64,000 nucleotides of DNA from an uncultured Alistipes sp. (GCA_900544175.1 UQUN01000010.1:3392-67391), one strand, 5' to 3'. Positions 28,139 through 37,635 are shown, counted from the first letter of the stretch. The notes: generated by a model from the sequence alone, not told the origin. Numbers and translations: made by a program.

Positions 28139-30139
28139 TTACTGACGGCTGTTTTTATAATTTTCAAGACCCTGTTTCAGGAAAGCCACGAACTCATTGA
28201 TGTCGAGATTGTAGCTTCTCGGGTCGGCCAGGAGCTCTCCGTCACGGCCTTCGAGGACATAGCAGGGCTGTGCGTTGACACCGTAGTAGGTATAGGCTAT
28301 ATAGGAATTGATCTTGCCTATGTCCTTCAGCGTCCTGTCACCGGCTGTAATCCAGTCACTCTCGTCGGCCTCCTTCTTGTCATCGCAGTACAGTGCTACT
28401 AAAACATAGTCATTGCGGAGTATCTCCAGTACCTTGGGGTCGGACCACACTCGGTTCTCCATCTCGCGGCAGTTGACGCAGCCGTGGCCGGTGAAGTCTA
28501 TGAACAGGGGCTTGCCCACGCTCTCCGCGTAGGCCCTGGCCTCTTCCAGCTCGAAGAAGCCCTGAAGGTTGTGCGGAAGATGGAGGAAGTCGCTGTATTT
28601 TGGTGCCTTACCTTCTGTTGAAGTCTGCGTTGCAGCCGATCCTGCCGTGCTGCCAGTCACTATCACCGGAGCCTCGTCCCCGAGAATGAAATCCTGAGTC
28701 GTGAGCGGGGGCAGATATCCGGACAGAGCCTTCAGCGGAGCACCCCACATACCCGGAATCATATACACCACGAAGGAGAACACCACTATCACCAGTGTCA
28801 GACGGCCCACTCCGATATGCTTGACCTCGTCGTCATGTGCAAAGCGGATCTTGCCCAACAGATATAGCCCCAGAAGGGTAAACACCACAATCCATATCGC
28901 CAGGTACACTTCCCTGTCCAGCAGTCCCCAGTGATAGGTCTGGTCGGCCACGGAGAGGAACTTGAAGCCCAGAGCCACCTCGACGAAAGCGATGACCACC
29001 TTCACGCTGTTGAGCCAGCCGCCGCTCTTAGGCAGCTTCTTGAGTACGGAAGGGAAGAGGGCAAACAGCGTGAAAGGAAGAGCAAATGCGACAGAGAAAG
29101 CCAGCATGGTGATAATCGGCTCCCAGAACTCTCCCTGAGTAGACTTGATAAGAACTGAACCGACTATAGGTCCCGTACAGGAGAATGATACCAGCACCAA
29201 GGTCAGAGCCAGGAAGAAAATTCCTCCGAGGCCCTTGGTGTCCGCCTTGGAATCGGACTTGTTGACCAGCTTTGAAGGCATGGTTATCTCGAATGCTCCG
29301 AAGAACGAAGCCGCGAATATCATGAATACTATGAAAAATATGATATTGGGCAGCCAGTGGGTCGAAAGCCAGTTGAAAATGTCCGCTGTGACGGCATCGC
29401 CTCCGACTATTCTGGTAATGAGAATGATTGCCGCAATAGGTAGAGTATACAGCATGACAATGAACAGTCCGTACATTGCCGCACGTATACGTCCTCGGGC
29501 CGGACCGCCTTCACCTTTGAGGAAATATGACACGGTCATAGGCACCATAGGGAACACACATGGTGTAAGCAGGGCTACAAAACCCCAGATGATGGCCTCC
29601 AGTATCAGACCCCACAGGCTCTTGCTCCTGCCTGTCTCCTCATCATCTCCGGCAGGAGAGACGGACACGCCGTCCGGCAGGCTGATGGAAAGCGTCTGAT
29701 CGGCCAGCGGCAGGCAGTTGTTGTCGTCGCACGCCATCCATTCCACATAGACGTTTACCTGGGCGTTTTTCTTCTTGAGACGGATATCCTGGTAGAAAGT
29801 CACGCTGTCCTCGAAATATCCGATCTCCATCATGTAGATGTCGTCGTAATATCTGAACGGTTCTGAGGATATCTGCATGTCTCCCTCTTTCACTGCTCTT
29901 TTATTGTCTGCGATCGTGAAGTCCACAATCGTGGCGTTAGGACCGAATTCAGTCCGCAATGTGTCATATATATGCCAGGTAGAGTCAATGATAGCAGTTA
30001 CAGAAACCCTGTAAAGATTCTTGCCGAGTTCCTCTACGTCTGTTCTCCAATGTGCGTGCTGCTCCTGTGCGTTGACGGATAATGTTGGAAAGATTATCAT
30101 GGCGATCAATCCAACGATGACCGATATACCTTTTTTCAT
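28139..30139 (-). CDS. dsbD: Protein-disulfide reductase DsbD (alpha-beta-gamma, full length)
   Basis: Start at MKKGISVIVG. Periplasmic alpha domain with CDDNNC. 8-TM beta core with TPCVFP and SCTGP Cys. C-terminal thioredoxin gamma domain FTGHGCVNCREME. Confidence 0.85.
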   Translation of the reverse strand: MKKGISVIVGLIAMIIFPTLSVNAQEQHAHWRTDVEELGKNLYRVSVTAIIDSTWHIYDTLRTEFGPNATIVDFTIADNKRAVKEGDMQISSEPFRYYDDIYMMEIGYFEDSVTFYQDIRLKKKNAQVNVYVEWMACDDNNCLPLADQTLSISLPDGVSVSPAGDDEETGRSKSLWGLILEAIIWGFVALLTPCVFPMVPMTVSYFLKGEGGPARGRIRAAMYGLFIVMLYTLPIAAIILITRIVGGDAVTADIFNWLSTHWLPNIIFFIVFMIFAASFFGAFEITMPSKLVNKSDSKADTKGLGGIFFLALTLVLVSFSCTGPIVGSVLIKSTQGEFWEPIITMLAFSVAFALPFTLFALFPSVLKKLPKSGGWLNSVKVVIAFVEVALGFKFLSVADQTYHWGLLDREVYLAIWIVVFTLLGLYLLGKIRFAHDDEVKHIGVGRLTLVIVVFSFVVYMIPGMWGAPLKALSGYLPPLTTQDFILGDEAPVIVTGSTAGSAATQTSTEGKAPKYSDFLHLPHNLQGFFELEEARAYAESVGKPLFIDFTGHGCVNCREMENRVWSDPKVLEILRNDYVLVALYCDDKKEADESDWITAGDRTLKDIGKINSYIAYTYYGVNAQPCYVLEGRDGELLADPRSYNLDINEFVAFLKQGLENYKNSRQ

Positions 30140-30381
30140 TAATCGATTAATTATTTTAATATGTTTACAAAAAACGTCCAAAGGTATAAAACCATGTTAA
30201 AAAAACAAAATTTGATAACAGTTTTTCACGAAAATCAATAAAATGATTTGCTGAAACTTATGTCATCAATTAAAATGAACGTATATAGTTAAAGTAAAAA
30301 CGTTACAAATTTATACAAAAACTCAACAAAACTCCAAATTCTGAGAAAAAAATATTGACCATTTAATCGTTCGTTTTATAT

Positions 30382-31827
30382 ATGAGGCAAATTTGGTCGT
30401 CGTGCTACATTTTTGTCACGGCTGTGTTACTTTTGTCAGTCATTACGTCGTGTCAGGAGTCTCGGATTCCTGGAACTCTTTCTTCTGGGGCTACATTCGT
30501 GGTGGAGTCATCCGAAGGCAGCCTTGATACTGTAAAGCTGGATTTCAACGGGCCATGGGAGGTCGTGTCGTCCCCTGAATGGTGCTCCGTGTCGCCTGCG
30601 GAAGGCAATGCCGGTCCATGTGTCCTGACAGTTACAGCAACATCTGCCAATACTGCACTGCATGAAAAGGAAGGCATTGTCTCAATCATGGTCAATGCCG
30701 GAGATGAAGTCTCCTGTTATGTTGTTCAGCGTGGGGAGGACGGAATATCCCTGATTTCCGACGCTGGTCTGTATGTCTCTCCCGATGAGGGATCTGAGGT
30801 AAGGATATCCATTGAGGGCAATACTGCGTTTGACGAGTCGTCTTTGTCTTCTGACGTGGACTGGCTGACGTATCGAGGTGTGGAGATTACGTCGGACTCG
30901 CTTGTCCTTGGCGATGGAGAGACTGTCTCAGAGTATTACACTGCGGATATAATTCTTGCTGCCGGAGAGAACGCTTCCGGAAGTCTGCGGAGTGGTTACG
31001 TGTCCGTAGGCGGGGATGAGGTTGCGGTCACTCAGGTTGTATCGCCTGAGTGGAGCAGGGATTTCTACCGTCACAGCGCCATGATCAAGATTACTGCCAC
31101 ATGGTGTACCAACTGTCCTCTCATGGAGGTTGCTTTCGGAATAGCTGACGAGCAGATGCCCGGTCGGATAGTCCCGATGAACATGCACAGGACGGACTCC
31201 GATGGCGGGCTTGGATGGAGCGGTACGGACACGTTTGAGAAACTGTACAGCGTCGCTTCAGTTCCTATGGTGGCCTTCAACGGATTTGCAAAATTCCAGA
31301 GTCTCAACTCTCCGTCGTCGACAGCGATGCTTATGACCAGAGTGGCTGAAGAGGCAGTGCAGAATTTCCCTTCAAGGACCAATATCATGGCTGCGGCTTC
31401 ATTGACCGACAGGGACATAAGGATAGACGCCTTTGTCGCGGCCAAGGAGGGTGGAGATTATCTGCTTGCAGCGTATGTGCTTGAGGACAGTATCATAGGA
31501 TTTCAGGACGACGCTCACGGTATCGTGGAGGATCCTTATCATTATGTGCACAGGCATATCGTCAGAGGTTCTCTCACAGAGCTCACGGGGGATCCGGTAC
31601 CGGCTGTGTCGGACGGGGAGATGGCTCACATTATCATAAACGGGGAACTTCCGTCCAGTGTCTCAGATCCGTCAAACACTTATATAGTACTGTATGTCTC
31701 GACGCCAGGGGATCCGGACATGAGTCTGTGTACGGTACCGTCCGTCAACTATGCATCGTCCGGCTACGTGATTGACAACGTGACTACCGTGCAGATGAAC
31801 GGCTTTACTGACTTCCAGTACGAATAA
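30382..31827 (+). CDS. Lipoprotein: BACON-like domains plus Omp28-like thioredoxin-fold domain with CTNC motif (paralog 3)
   Basis: MRQIWSSCYIFVTAVLLLSVITSC lipobox. ...IKITATWCTNCPLMEV..., SVPMVAFNG cis-Pro loop. C-terminal FTDFQYE. Confidence 0.7.
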   Translation: MRQIWSSCYIFVTAVLLLSVITSCQESRIPGTLSSGATFVVESSEGSLDTVKLDFNGPWEVVSSPEWCSVSPAEGNAGPCVLTVTATSANTALHEKEGIVSIMVNAGDEVSCYVVQRGEDGISLISDAGLYVSPDEGSEVRISIEGNTAFDESSLSSDVDWLTYRGVEITSDSLVLGDGETVSEYYTADIILAAGENASGSLRSGYVSVGGDEVAVTQVVSPEWSRDFYRHSAMIKITATWCTNCPLMEVAFGIADEQMPGRIVPMNMHRTDSDGGLGWSGTDTFEKLYSVASVPMVAFNGFAKFQSLNSPSSTAMLMTRVAEEAVQNFPSRTNIMAAASLTDRDIRIDAFVAAKEGGDYLLAAYVLEDSIIGFQDDAHGIVEDPYHYVHRHIVRGSLTELTGDPVPAVSDGEMAHIIINGELPSSVSDPSNTYIVLYVSTPGDPDMSLCTVPSVNYASSGYVIDNVTTVQMNGFTDFQYE

Positions 31828-31874
31828 ACAGGATAACTATACAACAAAACAACATTCAACTCTTTACTTACTTT

Positions 31875-34400
31875 TTGTTTATGAACAAGTTTATTAAAAT
31901 TGCTGCAATTGCTTTTTCTCTGGCGCTTCTGTTCAGCGCCTGCCGCGAGAATGAGACTACATCCTCGCAGATAAAAGCGACTACGCTGGAGATCCCCGGA
32001 GATTCCGGAGAGTACGTGCTGCCCTACAGTATTGAGGGCTATGCCGACGGATCGTCCCTTACAGCTACCACCGAGTCCGAGTGGATAAGCATAAGTGAGA
32101 TAACCCAGGGGCAGGAGGGTGAGATTACGTTCACTGCCGGCCGCAATGACGGTCAGCCAAGGCAGGGCCGCATCATTCTGAGGTATCCGAATGCCCCCGA
32201 CCTTACGGTGGCCGTCAACCAGTACACCTACGGCGTGGAGGATGGTACTCCACTGATGATAGAAGTCAGTGTGCTTTCTCCCTACAGCGCGGAGGTGACC
32301 TATACGCCCATCAGTTACGACGGAGGATATTTCTTCCTGGTTATGGGAGCGGAGGACTTTGACCTGTATCTTCAGAACGACAACATGGAGGGCCTTCTGG
32401 AGTCCGACCTGGAGTGGATCCAGTATCAGGCGGACTACAATGGCATGACTATTGGCGAATTCCTGGGACGCGCCCCTCAGGTGTACACTGACAGCCGCGA
32501 GCCGAATGTCCAGTTGTACAACGACCTGGAGCGTGAGAGCGACTACTATGCCTACTGCTACGGTCTCAGCCTTACCGGAGAGGCCCTGACAGAGGTTCTG
32601 TACAAGGAGTTCCGCACGGAGGTCGTCCAGACTGTGGACATGACCTTCGAAGGCGAGGCGACTGACATCACTCTGGAGTCGGCGCACACTGCGATCCATC
32701 CCTCGACGGATGAATATACATATTACTGGACATATGTGTCTTCGATGGACATGGCCCAGTACGACCTTTACACCATCATGGACAATATGATTCTGAACCT
32801 GCGCGCCGCCAGTGAGGAGAGCGGCATGCCTCTCTCCGAGTATCTCTGCAAGGGAGACTACGAGGCGGACGCCACTGATCTTTGGGCCGGTACCGAGTAC
32901 ACCATAGTGGCATGGGGCATGGATGAAGGTGGCTCTCCCACAACTGAGCCTCAGGAAGTGTTCAGTTTCAACACGCCGAGAGAGGAGATCGTGGACGACT
33001 GCACCTTTGAGATTACGTGCCCTCAGGTCGAATCCATGGATATTCTGGTGAACATAGTACCCTCCAATCCGGAGACACGCTATTACATAGCTGTGATCGA
33101 TTCGGCTACGGCCTACGGCTATAATGACGAGCAGATGGCCCAGCGCATCATCAACATGGAGAGCCAGCGCCTTATGGATGGCTTCTACGGCGATGATCAG
33201 AACTGGACCAACTTCGAGTCCCTCTATACGGGCGAGCAGAGCAAGTGGGCACGTGCTGACCTGTACTGGCAGAAAGTGAATCCCAACACACTGATGCACA
33301 TATACGTGTTCGGTGTCAGCACGCGCGGTGAGCGCACCACCGCTGTGGCCCGTCTGGACCAGCGCACCGCTGAGGCCGACAAGTCTGACATGACATTCGA
33401 TGTGAGCGTTGTGGAGGAGAACTGGCAGGGAGGCACCTACAAGGTCGTTCCGAGCAACGACGAGGACTTCTGGGTGCCGTTCATGGTGCAGAGCTCCGAC
33501 CTTGACCTGTTCCGCAAAGGAGACGGTACCCTGAACGAGCAGCTTCTCATGGACGAGATAACCCATTATTATGACAATACCGTGTCATATTATGTAAGAC
33601 AGGGTGAAAATGATGTATACTTCTCCTGCATCTCCGACCGTGACTACACCCTGCTGACCTTCGGCTGGGCCGGCACCAATACGACACCTTTCTATGAGTT
33701 CGAGCATCATACCCCGGCCATACCTTTCGGACAGAGTGATGCTGAGATGACGGCCAGCTACGAACTTTTCGACGGTGCGGAGCTGTATGCAATGGATCCC
33801 GAGCGCTGGGAGGGAAGTCAGGAGGACTGCGTGATGTACATCAAGTTCAACCCCAATGACAAGGCTGTCCACTGGTACGGCGGTGTATGGGCTCCTGAGT
33901 CAGCTTATCAGGATGTAGGCGGAGTATACCAGCTGCTGATACTGATCATGAATCCTGTCGCCTCGTTCGTGGACCAGCCGACTGGCACTATCAGGCCCTG
34001 GTTCGACAATACCTGGAGTTTCTCCTACGTGGCCGAGGGAGCTGACGGAACATTCGGCGAATGGCATTACGAAGAGTTTACTCCCCAGCGCGGCGTGAAT
34101 ATGGACGAACCTTACGATTTCTGGAGCAATCCTTCACAGAACAGCGTGATCGTCAACATCCCCAAGGACTATAAGGAGCGTGCGGAAGCTATGCTCATTG
34201 AGGATGCCAAGGCTGCTCTCAGGAATCCCGTTCCGGTAAATATTGTCACCGGTCCGGAGTTCGATCCCATGGGCCGCTATATCGCACCTGACATCACAGC
34301 GGAGAAAACGGCAAACGGAGTCTCGCTGCATAACTGGAAGGACGGTCTCGACAGCCGTATGGTATTCCATCGTGACGGAGAGCGTCATGTGTCCTTATAA
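31875..34400 (+). CDS. Large surface lipoprotein (841 aa), N-terminal BACON-like domain, remainder unassigned
   Basis: SpII signal (LALLFSAC). BACON-like block ...WISISEITQGQEGEITFTAGRNDGQPRQGRIILRY...TVAVNQ. Acidic, Tyr/Trp-rich body with no recognisable catalytic motif. Confidence 0.55.
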   Translation: MFMNKFIKIAAIAFSLALLFSACRENETTSSQIKATTLEIPGDSGEYVLPYSIEGYADGSSLTATTESEWISISEITQGQEGEITFTAGRNDGQPRQGRIILRYPNAPDLTVAVNQYTYGVEDGTPLMIEVSVLSPYSAEVTYTPISYDGGYFFLVMGAEDFDLYLQNDNMEGLLESDLEWIQYQADYNGMTIGEFLGRAPQVYTDSREPNVQLYNDLERESDYYAYCYGLSLTGEALTEVLYKEFRTEVVQTVDMTFEGEATDITLESAHTAIHPSTDEYTYYWTYVSSMDMAQYDLYTIMDNMILNLRAASEESGMPLSEYLCKGDYEADATDLWAGTEYTIVAWGMDEGGSPTTEPQEVFSFNTPREEIVDDCTFEITCPQVESMDILVNIVPSNPETRYYIAVIDSATAYGYNDEQMAQRIINMESQRLMDGFYGDDQNWTNFESLYTGEQSKWARADLYWQKVNPNTLMHIYVFGVSTRGERTTAVARLDQRTAEADKSDMTFDVSVVEENWQGGTYKVVPSNDEDFWVPFMVQSSDLDLFRKGDGTLNEQLLMDEITHYYDNTVSYYVRQGENDVYFSCISDRDYTLLTFGWAGTNTTPFYEFEHHTPAIPFGQSDAEMTASYELFDGAELYAMDPERWEGSQEDCVMYIKFNPNDKAVHWYGGVWAPESAYQDVGGVYQLLILIMNPVASFVDQPTGTIRPWFDNTWSFSYVAEGADGTFGEWHYEEFTPQRGVNMDEPYDFWSNPSQNSVIVNIPKDYKERAEAMLIEDAKAALRNPVPVNIVTGPEFDPMGRYIAPDITAEKTANGVSLHNWKDGLDSRMVFHRDGERHVSL

Positions 34401-34439
34401 TAGAAGAACCAACATTCAACCAATCAATACTAATACACT

Positions 34440-36992
34440 ATGAACGCAAGAACAATTCTCAGCATCATGGCGGCTCTGCCGCTGATGCTCGTCGGCTGTA
34501 CTCCCGAGGAGACGGTCGAACCCCCCGTGATAACAGCGGAGGACATCACTGTGTCCGCTGACGCTCACACCGACAAACTGACCTACAGTATCACGAATCC
34601 TGTAGAAGGCAGTCAGGTGGAAGCCGAGTCCAACCAGGACTGGATCCATACATTCAACTACGACACGGAGAACACTATAACGTTTGAGGTTGATGCCAAC
34701 GTCTCGGATGAAAGGACTGCCGAGATAACCATTTCCTATCCCCAGGCCGAGCCCGTTACGGTGACCGTCACTCAGATGGCTGCCGGCGAGTCCATCGCCC
34801 TGGATCCCGAGACCCTGTCTTTCCTGCCTGCCGGCGGAGACCTTAGCGTTACCGTCAACAGCGGCCGTGCATGGGTCATGACCGGTGAGTCCGACTGGGT
34901 GAGCGCATCTGCCGCTTCCGGTGACCCCGGTGCGCAGGTGACATTCAACGCACAGGCCAACGAGAGCGACGAGCCCCGCGAAGCCACATTCCAGTTCATC
35001 TGTGGCACCAACGTCGTTCCCCTCACTGTTACCCAGAGCTTTGCAGGTCGTATCATCGTAGAGAAGGCAGAGTATGACATCCCCGGAACGGCCAACACGT
35101 TCAGCATCGCGCTCCAGTCCAACATGAGCGATGTCAAGGTCGAGATCACCGAGGGTTCCGACTGGCTGACCGATGTCACTACGAAGGCCATGCAGGACAT
35201 GAGTTTTGAGTTCTCCGCCACTGAAAACGAAGGAGATGAGACGAGGACAGCCGTGGTAGTGTTCTCAAACGCCGATGCCTCTGAGCAGGTAGCGGTGAAC
35301 CAGGAGCCTTCGTTCCCCAGCGACGTGCTTACCCGCGTCACTGACGAGGAATTCAAGACTTACCTCAGGGATAACTTCGATACCGACGGTGACGGCACCA
35401 TCAGCCGCTCCGAGGCCCAGGCTGTAACCAGCATGGACTGCAGCTACAGCAATATCATTTCTGCTGCCGGAATCGAGTATTTCGAGAATCTGTCAACCGT
35501 GAACTTCAATTCCTGCTATATGATGACAGAACTCAATCTGAGCAATATGCCCAATCTTACGGTAGTAGAGCTCAATTCCTGCAACAGACTTGAGACACTG
35601 AATCTCGAAGGAAGCGATGCATTAGTGGAACTTAATGTCGGTCTCTGCAGTGCATTGACATCTGTAGATCTTTCAGGCAAGGCAGCCCTGGAGAACATAT
35701 CCGCTTACAGCAGTGGTCTTACCTCAATTGACGTGTCTGAGTGTCCTGCCTTGGTACTCCTTTCAGTGTATGGCTCCGAGGGCATAACCGAGATAGATGT
35801 CACCAACAACCCCGAGCTGGTAAGTCTCTCAGTGCCGAATATCGCCTCCGTAGACCTGACCAACAATACCAAGTTGGAAAGCCTGTCTGTGAACAGTGAC
35901 AGATTGTCGTCTATAGATCTGAGTGCCAACACTGAATTGCGCTCACTCGGTTTCACCAACTGTACGTTTACTACAGTAGACCACACTATGTGCCCGGAAC
36001 TCAGTTCGCTCAGTTTCGATTATTGCTCTAATCTGACGACGATAGACATCAGCAAGAATATGAAGCTCAACTCGCTGTCCACATATATGTGCAACAATAT
36101 TCAGGTGCTGTACATGACAGAAGGACAGTACGTTCCTACGATCAACGGTATCGGCTCCGATCTGATTCAGTATAAGGATATGGAGTATCCCTACGACTTG
36201 GCTGCAGGGATAGCTGATCCAAACCTGAAGGCGGCTGTCATAAATCAGTGTGACTATTATGAGCCTTGGGATGTCATTACTGAGGATGAGGCTCCGTATC
36301 TTACAAGTCTGAATGCTTCAGGAAGAGGGATAGAGTCTCTTACCGGTCTGGATTATTTCACTTCACTGAGGGAAATAAATGCCTCGAACAACGCTATTAC
36401 TGAGGTGGATCTTTCCTCACTGCAGAATCTGGAAGTGCTTAATCTGTCAAACAACCAGATAACATCCATCGATCTGACGCGTAACCCTAATATCCGCGAG
36501 CTTTATCTCGATCATAACAGCTTGACTTCCATCGAGCTTCAGAAAGACGAACTGGTGGAATGCGATCTGTCATACAACAACATGACATCGCTTCAGTTGG
36601 ATTATGCTACCAATCTGATATCACTGAATGTCTCCAACAATCAGATTGAGGATCTGGATGTTCACATGAACGAAGCGATGCAGGACTTCGACTGCAGCAA
36701 CAACCAGATCAGTTACTTCAACATCTGGTCGCTTAGTGGAATCGTGAACTTCAACTGCAGCAACAATCCTGTGTCGGATCTCAGCCAGACCACTTATCTG
36801 GTCAATATGGAGACACTCAATGTAAGCAATACTGACCTGATTACATTGAACCTCAGTGAGAACACATTGTTGAGACAGCTTATTGCAACTGGTTGTGAAA
36901 GTCTTACAGACATATATGTCGGCGATAATACGATTGCGGACATGCAGGTTGATGATGGTGTGAACATTGTAAACGGTGCTCCCGGGGAGTAA
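34440..36992 (+). CDS. Surface lipoprotein: three BACON domains plus leucine-rich-repeat (LRR) domains
   Basis: Lipobox LMLVGC. Three repeats of about 85 aa ending TVTQ/AVNQ (BACON). Then about 22-residue LxxLxLxxN LRRs (...LEVLNLSNNQITSIDLTRNPNIRELYLDHNSLTSIEL...). Confidence 0.75.
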   Translation: MNARTILSIMAALPLMLVGCTPEETVEPPVITAEDITVSADAHTDKLTYSITNPVEGSQVEAESNQDWIHTFNYDTENTITFEVDANVSDERTAEITISYPQAEPVTVTVTQMAAGESIALDPETLSFLPAGGDLSVTVNSGRAWVMTGESDWVSASAASGDPGAQVTFNAQANESDEPREATFQFICGTNVVPLTVTQSFAGRIIVEKAEYDIPGTANTFSIALQSNMSDVKVEITEGSDWLTDVTTKAMQDMSFEFSATENEGDETRTAVVVFSNADASEQVAVNQEPSFPSDVLTRVTDEEFKTYLRDNFDTDGDGTISRSEAQAVTSMDCSYSNIISAAGIEYFENLSTVNFNSCYMMTELNLSNMPNLTVVELNSCNRLETLNLEGSDALVELNVGLCSALTSVDLSGKAALENISAYSSGLTSIDVSECPALVLLSVYGSEGITEIDVTNNPELVSLSVPNIASVDLTNNTKLESLSVNSDRLSSIDLSANTELRSLGFTNCTFTTVDHTMCPELSSLSFDYCSNLTTIDISKNMKLNSLSTYMCNNIQVLYMTEGQYVPTINGIGSDLIQYKDMEYPYDLAAGIADPNLKAAVINQCDYYEPWDVITEDEAPYLTSLNASGRGIESLTGLDYFTSLREINASNNAITEVDLSSLQNLEVLNLSNNQITSIDLTRNPNIRELYLDHNSLTSIELQKDELVECDLSYNNMTSLQLDYATNLISLNVSNNQIEDLDVHMNEAMQDFDCSNNQISYFNIWSLSGIVNFNCSNNPVSDLSQTTYLVNMETLNVSNTDLITLNLSENTLLRQLIATGCESLTDIYVGDNTIADMQVDDGVNIVNGAPGE

Positions 36993-37020
36993 TCCTGGCG
37001 TGACTGAAATTTCATGAATG

Positions 37021-37057
37021 TGAGGAGTGGCTCTGTCAGAGTCGCTCCTCTTTTTTA
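37021..37057 (+). terminator. Hairpin terminator after the LRR lipoprotein gene
   Basis: GAGGAGTGGCTCTG/CAGAGTCGCTCCTC imperfect inverted repeat followed by TTTTTTAT. Confidence 0.55.
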
Positions 37058-37635
37058 TCGTATCGATAAGATATGAGCCGTTGCTTTATGGGCAGATAGT
37101 CGTTGGTATACGGAAAGAGAATATGGCCAACGGCTTTATTATAGCATCAACTTATGGCAGGGGATCAAGGGGTGCGGATAGTCAGATATTTTGATGTCAG
37201 TGGTTTAATTAATCAAGAGGTGCTTTATGGTGATATGCTCCGGTACGGGGTGGGGTAAGTTGGCTGTTATCTCATCTTGGATATGAAGCATGGTGTCGGA
37301 CGGGCGGCTTATCAGTTATGAGCCGGATATCACCGCTGAAGTATGGAACGGACGGGACTGAAAACCGTCCCGGAGACATGGATAAAGGCCTTTGGCGAAG
37401 ACAGTCCGGCATCAACGGAAGGCAGAAGATCACTGTGTTTTGCAACTACTTGTCATACAGATACTTGAGGAAGAGGTGTGCTCTTCCTGACCTGAAAAAA
37501 CATGGCGAAAAGATCGGCGATATTTTGTAATGACTTCATTGTCAATGATATACAAAAGCAAGATGCTGCACGGCATGCAGTTGTACGCCGACAAAATCGC
37601 AATTCATGGTACAGAAGAAATTAAGGGCTGAGTAT

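Noticed and set aside
30140-30381. Assigning specific promoters in the dsbD / paralog-3 divergent region (rc of CAAATTTA at 30306-30313 gives TAAATTTG on the minus strand).
   Set aside because: Only a single -7-like match with no well-spaced -33 element, in a region that is more than 75 percent A/T where such matches arise by chance. Kept as a general divergent control region, not a called feature.
31764-33566. 600-aa ORF on the minus strand, antisense to the 841-aa lipoprotein gene. Similar long antisense ORFs occur at 2625-3662, 3765-4706, 17686-19065, 42297-43619, 51609-52379, 52985-53938 and 61488-61967.
   Set aside because: Each lies entirely inside a well-supported gene on the other strand (pnp, hutI/ftcD, nagB, bioA, bioF, secY). 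Translations are Arg/His/Gly/Leu-rich low-complexity strings typical of antisense frames in GC-rich DNA. No signal or motif content.
37318-37530. 70-aa ORF in the 37-kb non-coding gap.
   Set aside because: No RBS or promoter context, composition unlike neighbouring genes, and it overlaps the hairpin elements. Treated as non-coding.
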